Below are positions 23,733-36,129 of a stretch of DNA of 64,000 nucleotides, piece after piece. Under the pieces are notes generated by a model that was not told the origin of the DNA, did no database searches, and saw nothing but the letters and a program-made list of their open reading frames with translations. The stretch comes from Lama guanicoe (taxonomy: Eukaryota): contig MU054212.1 of assembly GCA_013239625.1 (NCBI GenBank), positions 6,236,270 through 6,300,269 on the forward strand, given 5' to 3'. The translations under genes and the position numbers were made by a program. Within the stretch, counting starts at the first letter, position 1. Every line of letters begins with the position of its first letter.

Positions 23733-24349
23733 TGTGAAACTATATCTTTATCAATCATTTAAAAATAATAAACCTATTCATCTTATAAATACCATTTTTA
23801 AATGAAAAATAACTATTTTCCAAACCAAAGGAAAATTTAGCAAGAAGAGGGGTGTTGTTTTACATTTTTTGCAAATCTCTGATGTCTGGCTTCATAGAAA
23901 ACAGTTGAATTCTCTCATGTGTGTCTGCATTTAGTCTGTTGTGATATATTATTTTTGTAGAGAAATATGAAGAAAATCTAACCTTACCCAGATACATAGC
24001 TGGAAAAGGGAGGCATAGCTGAATAGCTTTCCAAGTGATTGTGGATTTTCTTTTTGAATCCTTTGTTAAAAGTCAACAAATGGGAATTTTTTAAACGTTA
24101 GATGCAATTGGAATCTGAAACCATAGCAATGAATTTGGATACTCCATCCAGTAAATCCATTGGTCTATCTTATATTTTGAATGGATCTTAATGCTTATGC
24201 ATGATTTTGTCATCTTGTGCATGGGTTATTTAGAAAATATTGGTTCCCTGAGTTACGTAGCTTTAAAAATTTTGGCAAATTTCATTATACGGTATCAAAA
24301 CATAACGCTGGTTAATATCACCACTGGTCTCATTTAAAAAGGCTCTCGT

Positions 24350-25790
24350 TGTGTGTACAGCAGTTTGTTCCTTTTTGACAGCTGAATAGGACTCCGTGGT
24401 ATTCATGCACATAGTTTGTTTCATCATTCACTTGCTGCAGGACATTTGGGTTGTTTCCAGATTTTGGTTATTACAGACAAATCTGCTATAAACATTCATG
24501 TACAGGTTTTCATATAAACGTTAATTCATTATTTCTCTGGGATATATGCCCAGGATAGCCCTGGGTTATATAGTAGTTGCATGTTTTGTTTTTTAAGAAA
24601 CCGCTGAACTGATCTGCAGTGTGGCTGTACCATTTTGCATCCCCACCAGCAGTGGTGATCCAGTTTCTCTGCATCCTTGCTAACTTTTGGTGTTGTGATT
24701 TTGTGTGTGTGTGTGTGTGTGTGTGAGATGGACTCTATTGTATAGAATAGTTCTAGTTCACAGCAAAATTGAGCAGACCTTAGAGAGATTTCCCAAATAT
24801 CCCTTGTGCCCACATACACACAGCCTCTCCATCCCCATCAACCATCAACATACCACCCGAGTGGTAAATTTGTTTTTCACTGTTTAAACCGATGAATTTA
24901 CATTGATATTTTATTATCAACGAAAGCCCACAGTCTATATTAGGGTTCACCCATCCATTCTATAGGTTTTGACAAATGTATAATGACATGTATCTACTAC
25001 AACAGTGTCCTGCAGAATAGTTTTACTGACCTAAAAATCCTCTGCTCTGCCCATTCTCCCCCCGCCCCACAACCACTAATCTTTTTACTGTCTCCATGAT
25101 TTTGCCTTTTCCAGAATGTCATTTAGTTGTAATCATCCAGTAAGTAACCTTTCCAGATTGGCGTCTTTCACTTGTCACTATTTTTTACTTTAGCCATTCT
25201 GATTAGGTATATAATGGTATCTCATTGTGGTTCTAATTGCAGATCCCTAATGACTCATGACATTGAACACCTTTTCATGTGCTTATTTGCTATCTGTATG
25301 TCCTTTTCAATGGTCTGTCTCTTTATATCTTTTATGTGTGCTCTAAATGGATGTTTTTGCTCTTATACTGTTGTGTTTTGAGATTTCTTTGTGTATTTCT
25401 AAATCTATTCCTTTTTTGAATATATGGTTTGGAAACATATTTTCCAACTCCACAGTTTGTCTTTTCATTCTTTTAAAAGGGTATTCTTGCAGAGCAAAAG
25501 TTTTTAATTTTGATAAAGTCCAGTTTATCAGTTTTTCCTTTTAATGGATTGTGCTCTTGGTGTCAAGTCTAAGAACTCAGCCTAGCCCTAGATCCTGAAT
25601 ATTTCCTCCTCTTTTAAGAAATTTTTTTTGGGTATTTTTTGTTTTGTATTTAACTCAGTGATACATTTTGAGTTAACTTTTATAAAAGGCATGAGGTTTA
25701 GGCTGAAGTTAAATTTTTGGCTGTGGATGTCTGCTGCTCCAGCACTATGTGTTGAAAAGGTTATATTTCCTCTATTGAATTGTATCACAT
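24350..25790 (-). mobile_element. Old L1M fragment with a nested L1MA-like piece (~24703-25170) and (GT)n
   Basis: Antisense L1 text (cattttgcatccccaccagc; tgaacaccttttcatgtgcttattt). Confidence 0.75.
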
Positions 25791-26449
25791 TATTATATAT
25801 ATAATTATGAGTAATTTATATATAATGTAATAATTTATTAATTTATAACTATGTATCTAATGTTAATACGTGGAGCAGCCACTATAAAAGCCATACAGAC
25901 ACACTAAAAATCATCTGTAACATATCAAACTTTATATATATTATATATTACATTATACGTGTATATAAAATCATAGTCTTCATTTAATTTTGAAAAAAAT
26001 CTGCTGAATAGCAAAGTCTGAATAACCATTATTTATCCTTCAATTATTTTTTAAAGTAAAAATAGTGTTCTAAACAAAAATATAAAACAAAGAGAATAAA
26101 AATGGTGTTCTATGAAAAAAGCAGCCACTTCATCTCATGACTCAAACATCTCATAGGTGCTTTTCCTTAAGTTAATCGTACTTCATTACGCAGTAGAAGT
26201 GCTTTATTAGGACTTCCCCTTTTATCACACAGAATGTAAAAGAAATGTATACTCAAGGGTTGAGATTTCATAAAGTTAATAATGTTTACTGTTTCACTAA
26301 GGATATTCATAAATAAAACTGGCTTTAAAATTATTTACTCATTTATTTACTGCCAGCATGTGACAGTGAAGGTTACAATGCCTACTAGTACAGTTTGGTA
26401 CCACCACCTTGATTTATGCTGACACCCACAGTTCTAACCATCATTACTT

Positions 26450-27170
26450 TTTTTTTCTAATTTTTTTTAATTGTGGTAAACATTTTAAAAGTATAAAACT
26501 CACGATTTTAATCATCTTAAAGTGGCATTTAGGACATCACAATGTTATATAATTACCACCACCATCTAGTGCTGGATCATTTTCATCAGCCCCAAAAGAA
26601 AATTCTCTATCCATTAAGCAGTTATTGCCCACCCTTCTCACCCCACCCCCTGGCCCCTGGCAAGCATTTATTTGCTTTCTGTCCTTAGGGGTCTGCCTAT
26701 GATGGACAGTCTGTATAATGTCTGGTTTTTATGTCTGGCTTCTTTCACTTAGCATGAGGTTTTCAAGATTCATTTATTTTGTAGTACATCATTCCTTTTC
26801 AAAGCTGAATAATATTCCACTGTATGAATATACCACACTTTGTTTATCCATTCAAGAGTTAATGGTATTTGGGTAGTTTCCACCACTTGGTTATTGTGAA
26901 TAGCACTACTATGTACAAGTTTTTGTTTGAATACCTATTTCCAATTCTTTTGGGAAAATAACTAGGAGTAGAATTGCTGGGTCCCTTAGTAATTCTCTGC
27001 TTAACGTTTTGAGGAACTGCCAAACTGCTTTGCATGGAAGCTACATCATTTTATATTCCCACCAGCAATAAACGTGGGTAACAGTTTCTCCACACCCTCC
27101 CCTAAACATGTTATTTTCCATTAAAAAAAATTAAAATCATCCTAGTGGTTGTGAAGTGGCATCTCATCAT
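26450..27170 (-). mobile_element. Old L1M 3' fragment
   Basis: Antisense L1 3'UTR text with T tail. Confidence 0.75.
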
Positions 27171-27429
27171 AGGCTCACCAATACTTTTGCACTGTAAGTT
27201 CAGACGTCAACATAGAAAGAGGCAAATAATATCGTAGTATGAATATGAAAATATTTTTATCTCAGTGAGCCCCATGAAAGGAGCTTGGAGGTTGCCAGGG
27301 GTCTGTGGGCCACCCTTTGAGAATAGCTGCCCTACTTGAACCAGATGCAAGCAGTAAGGGCAAACTTTTCTTTACCCAGTTAGTGACATTTCAGGTGTGT
27401 TTTCTTGGCTGCTTGCCATAAGGGCAAAG

Positions 27430-27670
27430 GTGGTGTAGTGATTAAGGCCATGAACTTTTGTGTCAGACAGACCTGGATTTGAATCTTTCCTCAGTAAGTA
27501 CTAGTTGGTAATTTTGGCCAAGTTTCCTAACATCTCTGAGCCTCTGTGTCCTCAGCTGTAAAATGGGACAATCACTACCTCAGGAATTCTTATGCCGTTA
27601 ATAAGATAATTAGTGTAAGTTGCTGGGTACATAAAAATAGTGAGCATTCAGCACATGGTAGCAATGAAAA
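27430..27670 (+). mobile_element. MIR SINE
   Basis: MIR core ctctgagcctctgtgtcctcagctgtaaaatggg. Confidence 0.7.
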
Positions 27671-27763
27671 GGAGGTAGTATTATAAGTGTGACCTAATTT
27701 ATTATCTAAACAAAGGATAATTTTCAGGGTGAAAAGAGTGCTGTCAAAAATGATTCTAGATGA

Positions 27764-27892
27764 GGGGGAGGGTATAGCTCAGTGGTAGCATGCACAAGGT
27801 CCTGGGTTCAATCCCCAGTGCCTCTGTTAAAAATAAATAAATAAAAATAAACCAATTGCCTCCCTCTCCCGACCCACCCCCCCACAAAAAAT
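27764..27892 (+). mobile_element. tRNA-Ala-derived SINE with internal deletion
   Basis: Head lacks the anticodon arm (tggtag^catgcac). Confidence 0.85.
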
Positions 27893-28009
27893 TGTTAATG
27901 ACTACAGAATTTGCCTGTCCTGGGCAAACCTGGATGTGTGGTCAGTCTACTAAAAGGAAGTTGTAGGAATTAAGTCACTTTAGTGACCAAAGAGAAGCTG
28001 TTTCCACAC

Positions 28010-28240
28010 GCTGGTGGTTAAGAGTGTAGACCCTGGAGCCAGACTGCAGGTTCCAACCCACCACCCACTAGTTGTGTGACCTGGGACAAGTTACTTAATC
28101 TCTCTATTCTTAATCTCCTCATCTCTATAGTGAGCAGTAACAACACTTAGCTCGTAACGGTGTTGCAAGGATAAACTAGGTAATATATGTAAAGTGCTTA
28201 GAACAGTGCCTGGGCCATCACAACCACTATGTAAGTTAGA
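28010..28240 (+). mobile_element. MIR SINE
   Basis: tgtgtgacctgggacaagttacttaatctctct...aaagtgcttagaacagtgcctgg. Confidence 0.75.
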
Positions 28241-29854
28241 GCTGCTGCTGTTGTAAGAGGAAATACAAAGGGGAGATAGAAAGGGAGGGTAAGAAAGCAG
28301 GAGGAGGAGCTCCCAACTGGCAGGGGTAGGATCGGGGCGTTAGTTAAAAGCAGGTGTTTCGTATCGGCATATGTGCGTCCCCCCGCAACACGTGCTCATG
28401 GCGGTTTACAATAAACACCCCGGTGAAGAAAATTCCGCCCTTCAAAAGTTGATCTCACTCTTGTTTTTGGTGCAGAGTCATGACCGTTTGTGTTGCAAAC
28501 GTTGTTAGTGCCCCACAGGGTGGTTCTTGGATAATTAACACCACCAAGTGATGGACAAGCTGTTACTGCTTGATAATCAGGAATCCCCAAATGGAGGTTG
28601 AGATACGTTTTTGAGAATTTTATATTTTTTATTCTACGACCAGAAGACACGAACCTCTCCAGTTTTCTGTACATGAATTACTCATATGTCGTACATGAAC
28701 ATATACGGTAAGAACAAGGGAATGAGCAGGTATGCCTAGACTTTAGTAAAATGCCATTCATTAGTATCATGTAGCCATCCTGGGTCCAAATTTTAGTTAC
28801 TTGTTAATCTCAGACGTTAGGTTTTTTAATAGTAAATGGATTTTTGCTTTATGGTGGTTTCCAAAGATCATAACTGGAGCACGTAAGAGTTTACATAAAT
28901 GTTTCCTCTTCTTCAGTGACATAAAAACTCCCCGCCCACACCCAGTTTTCTTTAAAGTGAGAGGGGAACTGGAACCAGTCTGTCATGATCCAGTACCTGC
29001 CATGATTCTCACAGCAGGGCATTTTTCTTTAATTACTTTTTCTATGGCCCCTGTTCCCTGTGGTTATTTTAGATACGAGTCCTGAGGTAATAATTAACCA
29101 ACTACTTCTCCAGTGGGTGGAGTTCAAGAATGTTGAGGGCAGAGTGGAGGTCCCTTTAATGGAATGTTTCAACCCTATGAAACGGGGGCATCGGATTTGA
29201 TCATCTGAAGAACCATCATTCTGTGGTTCCACGGCGCCGTGCGGCATGGCCGTCAAGTCCCACGTGGGAGGCCTGTGATTGCAAGTTTGTGATGCCATTT
29301 GCTTCTACCAGTTTTGACTGGCAAGGGACACTGAGTATTTCTGGAAGCCAGCTAAAATGGCACTGCCCTGGGGTTACAGCATAATCACAGATTTCAGTTC
29401 ATGTGGGTCACTAGCTTTAAAATTATGAGATTCTTAAAGAATTTTAAATTTAATGTGTTTCACTTTATTTTTATTTTGCCCAGAGAGAGATGAGAGAGAG
29501 AGGAACTTATTATTTGACCTGCCAAGTCCACAGACCAGGCTTCAGACCTAAGGCCTTTCCTCATCTCTGCTTTTCACGGCTCTTGGCCTCCCTAAGACTT
29601 AAGGCCTGGGTTCTAGGTTCTGAAATTCAGGAAGCCCTTCTGTTCCAGAGCTGGTGGCCGTAACAGGGTCCAAGAATATCTTGAGATCCTCTCCCTGCTC
29701 CCTTTCCAGCCACGCATGTGGACCCCTACACAAACAGAAGCACTGGCAGGAGCAGGAAGGACAGGCAGAGGACAATATTTTTCTTTTTAATTTTGTAAGT
29801 GGTTAAATTGCTTATAGGTTTCCGGCCACTACATTAGGACATCAAAGCTGAGAA

Positions 29855-29973
29855 TTTTTTTTTATTAAATTAAATTAAATAATTAATTTATTTTAGCAGA
29901 GGCTCTGGGGATTGAACCCGGGACCTCATATATGCTAAGCACAGACTCTACCAGTGTGCTATTATCCTCCTCC
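29855..29973 (-). mobile_element. tRNA-Ala-derived SINE (vic-1-like)
   Basis: Reverse-strand head; TSD ctgagaatttttt. Confidence 0.85.
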
Positions 29974-29991
29974 TAAACTGAGAATTTTTTT

Positions 29992-30242
29992 AATATTTTT
30001 TATTGATTTATAATCATTTTACAATGTTTGTCAAATTCCAGTGTAGAGCACAACTTTTCAGTTATACATGAACATACATATATTCATTGTCACATTTTTT
30101 TCTCTGTGAGCTACCATAAGATCTTGTATATATTTCCCTGTGCTGTACAGTATAATCTTGTTTATCTATTCTATGATTTTGAAATCCCAGTCTATCTCTT
30201 CCCACCCCCCCCATTTGGCAACCACAAGTTTGTATTCTATCT
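29992..30242 (-). mobile_element. Lineage-specific L1 3' end
   Basis: TSD aaactgagaatttttt. Confidence 0.8.
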
Positions 30243-31318
30243 AAACTGAGAATTTTTTAAAAAGGAATCTTATTTGTACATCTTTCACATAACTACCTCA
30301 GGTGTGTATAGTTCAGATAACCTGTGGAGTTAGATATCTGGGTTTTGTTTTTGTTTTTTTTCTTTTCCAAGTATTTGCAAATATTACATGTTCTTTTCAC
30401 GTTGACTCACTAATGGTCACCATCAAAAGATTTAATTCTTTGTCATCATTTTCTGATAATTGTATAACAAATAAAACCAAAGTCTTCAAGAACTTACCTT
30501 TTCTGGATGAGTAGCTTTAGGTCATAGGTGTTCCGTTTCTGGGGAATGACTCAATCATCATAAACCTTAATAAAAGTGATTTGGTACCCCTCCCTCACCC
30601 CCCACCCCCAAAGCATCAACGATTAGGAAACATTTCCTTTTAGGTGGAGCCCTGGAAAACTGTCACGTGTAAGGAGCATAAGGAGCACATGGACTTGTCA
30701 GGATGGTGTGAGAACGCATTACTGACAGCTGCACTGTCACCACATACAGCAAACACTCGCTTATCTGTAAACCTTGGCCACAGGGGCACCCTACTCACGA
30801 GGGTGTTCTCGGCTTCCATAGTTTGGCAGGAGTTCATGGATTAATTTTCAGAGTCTAAAAGCTCCAAAGCTAATATTAAGGTAACTCTAAAAAAGGTAGT
30901 TAATATAAGAAAAGAACTGAACACATTTCTCTCCTTGGAAACGCTAACAGTCCTGGGAAACTTACCTATTTTCTATTCTTAATCTTTTTAGTCTCCCTCC
31001 AATTTGTGTCTTCTTTTGGCTGCTGCTGCCTCTGGTTATAATTTCTTGGATCACTTGTAAGAACAATATAAGAAGGAACAGGGGAGGAAGGAGAAGTTAA
31101 AGAATGATGGCCCCAAGTGACAGATGGGAATGTCTTCTTGAGATAATGCTATGAGCGTCCACTGACTAGTGACTTTCATGAACTCTGTGATATGCCAGCC
31201 TGCCGGTAGCCCACAAAATAGACTCCCCATTAGTAGAACCCACTGAAACAGACTGCTTCCTCCAGGTGTCACCACTGGGCTTTGATCCCTCAACTAGCAA
31301 ATCCTTGAGCTGAGATTT

Positions 31319-31985
31319 TGTAAGCAGATAGGGTACGGGGTGGGGGTGGGGGTCCCCAGAGAAAGAAAACGAATCACGGCCCTCTTGACATAAGAGAAGC
31401 TATTTTTGACCTAAGTCATTTGCGACCTAGGCCTGGCTGCATGCTTGCCTGCCCTCAAACAGGTCTCAGAAATTAATGATCTTAAGGGAAGTGAGGGAAT
31501 TCAGGAACAAAAAAAAAAAGCAGTCAAAAACAACAGTTCATCGATAAAAGAGTCTTAGTTCCGCTATACATACCGATTTGATACACATCTGAGCTCTGCA
31601 GGAACGAAAACCCCAACCAGGTCGAAAATGGTAACTTCAGGCTGAGACCCCAGAATGACTGTAACCTAAGAGATGATGGTGTTGACCTTTTCTGACCCTT
31701 TTGACTTTAGTCACCTAAAGCGTGGACTCTGGCAATCTTTGCCCCAATTCTATGCCGAATTCTTTTCTGCTTGAGCACCTTCATGAATATGCATACACAG
31801 ACGAACCCCCTTCATGAATATGCATATACCTTTGCCTTAACACTTCCCCAGTTCTGCTGCTCTGGGAAAGATCCCTGGTGTTCTCACTTGCCGCAAGTAA
31901 TAAATCCTTCCTTCACCTGATCTGCGGCTTGGCTATGTCTTTTGGCTTGACAGCCACCAAGGATTGAATCAGTTTTCTGGCAACA
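31319..31985 (+). mobile_element. ERV1-class solo LTR (667 bp)
   Basis: TG...CA termini, 4-bp TSD ATTT on both sides, AATAAA at 31899-31904. Confidence 0.85.
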
Positions 31986-34721
31986 ATTTGTCCAGGACCT
32001 TCTGACTCAAGAGCCCAGGCATTTAAACACCGCTACCCAGCAGAGTCTGAGAAATGAGAAGGAAACTGTAGCTGGCTTTAAGGAAGCACCATCACTGCTA
32101 TGTAGTCACAGACATCCCGATGGAATTGCAGAGAAGTGAGAAAGATAAACTCCAGAAACAGCTGAGTTGACACTCAACTTTAGGTTGTATAATTCTGGAT
32201 TCCTTGGCTGATAAGGGAAGAAGTTACAAGTTTGCTTAAGCAAACAACGACATCGTTGGCTTGCAAATTCTGATTTTGCAAAGGCTGGCTGGGGCTGGAG
32301 GTGGCTCCAGGCATGACAGGAATCAGAAACCAGCGTGCCGCCGAGCCTCATCCGCAGCTGTCCCGTTTCCACCTCTGTGTGTGTGCTGGCTTCGTTCTAC
32401 CAACCCAGCTCCTCTGTGAAGGGGATGTGATGCAGGTGCTGCCAGATTCAGGTCCTGATAGCTCTGCCACAGACGGGATGTGGTGCTTTCTGGTGGCCAG
32501 TGGGGAGGGGTCCTGTTTGGCCCGGTTTGGCTCGGTGCCCAGCCTAGTGGCCTGGGGGGTGGTGAAATGGCTGCTGGGAAATCTCCGTGGATTGGATGCC
32601 CACTCTATTTTGTGCCTGCTACAAGTGACGGCTGTTGGGATGACAAAAAAAAAAAAAGGGGGGTACGATTATGTTTTACACAATTACACTACAGGCCAGT
32701 TTTCATTCCTTAAGCAGCTGACCATGGAAGTAGACTCACTAATTATCCTCTTTTCTACTTGAAGAAGCTTCTAATATAGCCGTATATGTCATTTATACTT
32801 AAACAAACTCCTTAAAAATGATTTATCCAATTGTACAGTAAAAGAGAAAAAAAAAAACAACCACACAGGTACCTGGGAGGGAGACTTCCTGCTCCATACC
32901 CTTCTGCTGGACCCGATCAGCCCTGGCTGTCAGAATCCCTCTTTCCACCTGCGTTTGTTAACACTTGTCATCCAGTCATCCGACCTCCCAGATCAGCGGC
33001 AGCCGCAATCTTATTTAACAGCTAAATGACAGGCTGTTCCTCTGGCTTTCGTGTAGCCTAATTTGAACAATCTGCAGTCCTCTGTTTATTTTATTTTATT
33101 TTATTTTTATTTTAATTTTCAGCCTTCTGTGGGTGTTCTCTCCTAGAGCAGCAGAGGACCTTTTCTGTTTCTGAGCTCAGTGCAACAGATGCTCTGCTAG
33201 TTTTCCACAGACAAGGCGACCGGGAAAACTAGAGCCACTTTTGCGGGCAGGGGAGCCTGCCCTGCGAGAGATGCTTCTGTGATGGAGGGGCACTCTCTCT
33301 GACTTCTTTCCCATTTTGAGTACCGAAAACACAAAGGGAAGAGGAGCAAGCTCTTTCAAAATGTGGAATATTTGTATAAGAATGTCCTAGAATAAACAGT
33401 AAGAGGCTGGGTTGTAGGACTCTTGGGGTTCCTATTCATCTTTATAACATTCTTGGCCTTCCCTGCATCTCTCTGTCACTCACCTACCCCCACTACCCTC
33501 TGCCCACCATGCTTGAAAGCACTCAGTTAATATTTGTGGAATTGAATTAAATAGATTAGCATAATCAAAGTCCTGGTAAAAAATAACAACACATTTCAAA
33601 GAATCGTTTTTTAGAAAGAAGCTTTAAAACAGAGACAATATCTCGTTTGGCTCCTTATTAATTGCTTGCTAGGTCTAAGTTATATTCAGGGGACGTTTTT
33701 CACTTGCCTGTCAAATACAATGGTGTCATCCTCCATCTTTGCAGACTAGTGGTCCTTCCATTTGACATACAATGTTAGGCAGTGAGCAGAACACATCACC
33801 CCAAATTCCAAGTCCTCTTGAAATTTGAACTAAAAGACTATAAACTTGTGGCAAAAAGGTAATAGTGCTATCATACAGAATTCATTTTCTAATATATTTT
33901 ATACTATTTCTTGCTTCAAAATCATATTATTACCTTTGGATATTTACACAGATGTAGCACAGAGGTTCACAATTGTCACAGGCCTTGGTTCCCGCTGTGA
34001 CCCTGTCTAAGGTGTCCAGACACACTGAAGGGCCTGGGGGAGGATGTGATGTGTGTTCTGTAAAACTGACTGCCCTGTGGAACAATCCTGGATATTGATT
34101 CAGGGCTGACGTGGATGGGGGAAAAGTGGGCAGAATATGACAAATCGAGAAAGGGAATACGGCTTGGCCACGAGGCCAGTCTAAGAAGATCCTGTGCACC
34201 GACCATTCATCCCTTCAGAAATATTACTGTGGACCCTGCTGGTGGCAGGCTGTCTGTGTTCTAGGTGCTGGGGACACAGCAGGGGACAAAACAAAGTCAC
34301 GGCTTTCTTTGAGTTTACTGGCAGTCAGGAAAACCATAAGAAAAAATGTTCATCAAAGGATTATAAATAAGCTTAAATATAAGAGAGCGATGGTGTGGCT
34401 ATGTTATTTTGGGAAGTCTGGTTAAGTCTCTTGAGGGTGACAATTAGGTGGGAACTGGAATAAATTACATATGGAACGTGGAAGATACTGAGGACTACCC
34501 TGGAGGTAGGTATGCTTCAGGAATGTCTTCTAATGAGTTCTTGAAATGCCCACTCAAGGGAAGGGTTGAAAGCTGACACCCTACTCCTGGAAACGTCTCC
34601 ACCATTGTCCTCTACACATGCTGCTCACACTTCTGCTATCGATGCTCTGATGCACCAAGTTCTTTTCATGTCTGTCCTCCTGTTTTCTCCGTAAGCGTCT
34701 TGAGGACAATCTTTGTGTCTT

Positions 34722-35300
34722 CCATTTATTTATTTTTGATTGAAGTACAGCTGGTTTACGATGTTGGGTTAGTTTCAGGTGAACAGAAAAGTGATTCAGT
34801 TCTATATATACATATCTATTCTTTTTCAGATTCTTTTCCATTATAGGTTATTACAAGATATTGAATACAGTTCCCTGTGCTACACAGTAAGTCCTTGTTG
34901 TTTATCTATTTTATATATAGTAGTGTATATATGTTAATCCCAAACTCCTAATTTACCCCTCCCCCTGCTCTTTCCCCTTTGGTAACCACAGTTTGTTTTC
35001 TATGTCTGTGAGTCTATTTCTGGTTTGTAAATAAATTCATTTGTATTATAATTTCTATTTTTAACTGTTTTAATGGAGGTGCTGGGGATTGAACTTAGGA
35101 CCTCAGGCACACTAAGCACGCACTCTGCCACTGAGCTCTACCCTAGTCTCCATAATTTTTTTTTTAGATTCCACATTTAAGTGATATCATATGATACTTA
35201 TCTTTCTCTGTCTGACTTCACTTAATATGATCATCTCTAGGTCCATCCATGTGGTTGCAAATGGCATTGTTTCATTCTTTTTCATGGCTGAGTAATATGT
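34722..35300 (-). mobile_element. L1 3' end with a nested SINE (~35060-35147)
   Basis: Same L1 subfamily text as 2200-2789. Confidence 0.8.
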
Positions 35301-35958
35301 GTTTTCCACTTTTTGTTTTTGTTTTTTGCCTGTGGCTGGCAGTTCCTGGCATGGAGTAAGTATTTAATAAATGCAAGTTCAGTGAATTTATTTGTCTCAT
35401 CGCTACAGCTAGACAGAAAGGCAGATATGATGTCCCATGTATTTGTGACTCCCCCAGGTGCCCAGCATCAAGAGGGACAGAGTCAGTGGTGGGTAAAGTT
35501 CTGCCAGTGGGCAGTTTGTATGTGAAAGCACCCTGAAGTCTTTGCTCAGATCCCCAATGAGCTTTGACCTTTCCTCAAAGGGTAAAATGGAAAGACGGGG
35601 GAACAGCCTAGGTTAGAGTCAGATTTAAGCAACAATCAGGTTCTTTAACATGTTTGTTGAATTTTTGATCAAAGTTGGGGTTTAGGGATAGATAAGTGGA
35701 GGGGTAGTATGGAGCTATGTGGAGAACTTGGGGTCGGGGGTTGATGTATTGGACACGGGATATTTGTGAAAAGGTCAAATAATGTTCTCAAGGATAAAAA
35801 ATGTTTTCAATAAAAGGCAAGCACATTTTTACACAAGAAAATGATGACACAGTAATTGTGCTAGTTTGGCTTTTTGTTTTCTTGCTAATATTCCATCACT
35901 GAGTCACACAAGCGTGGTGAGGAGGGGACAATAAAAATAAGTTATCAATGCACTATTA

Positions 35959-36129
<171 letters not shown>

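Larger units (their letters stand above)
23459..27329. mobile_element. Charlie1-like hAT DNA transposon carrying nested SINE and L1 insertions
   Basis: Ends acagttctcaga... and ...ctttgagaatagctg; Charlie1-like internal text resumes between the insertions. Confidence 0.7.
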
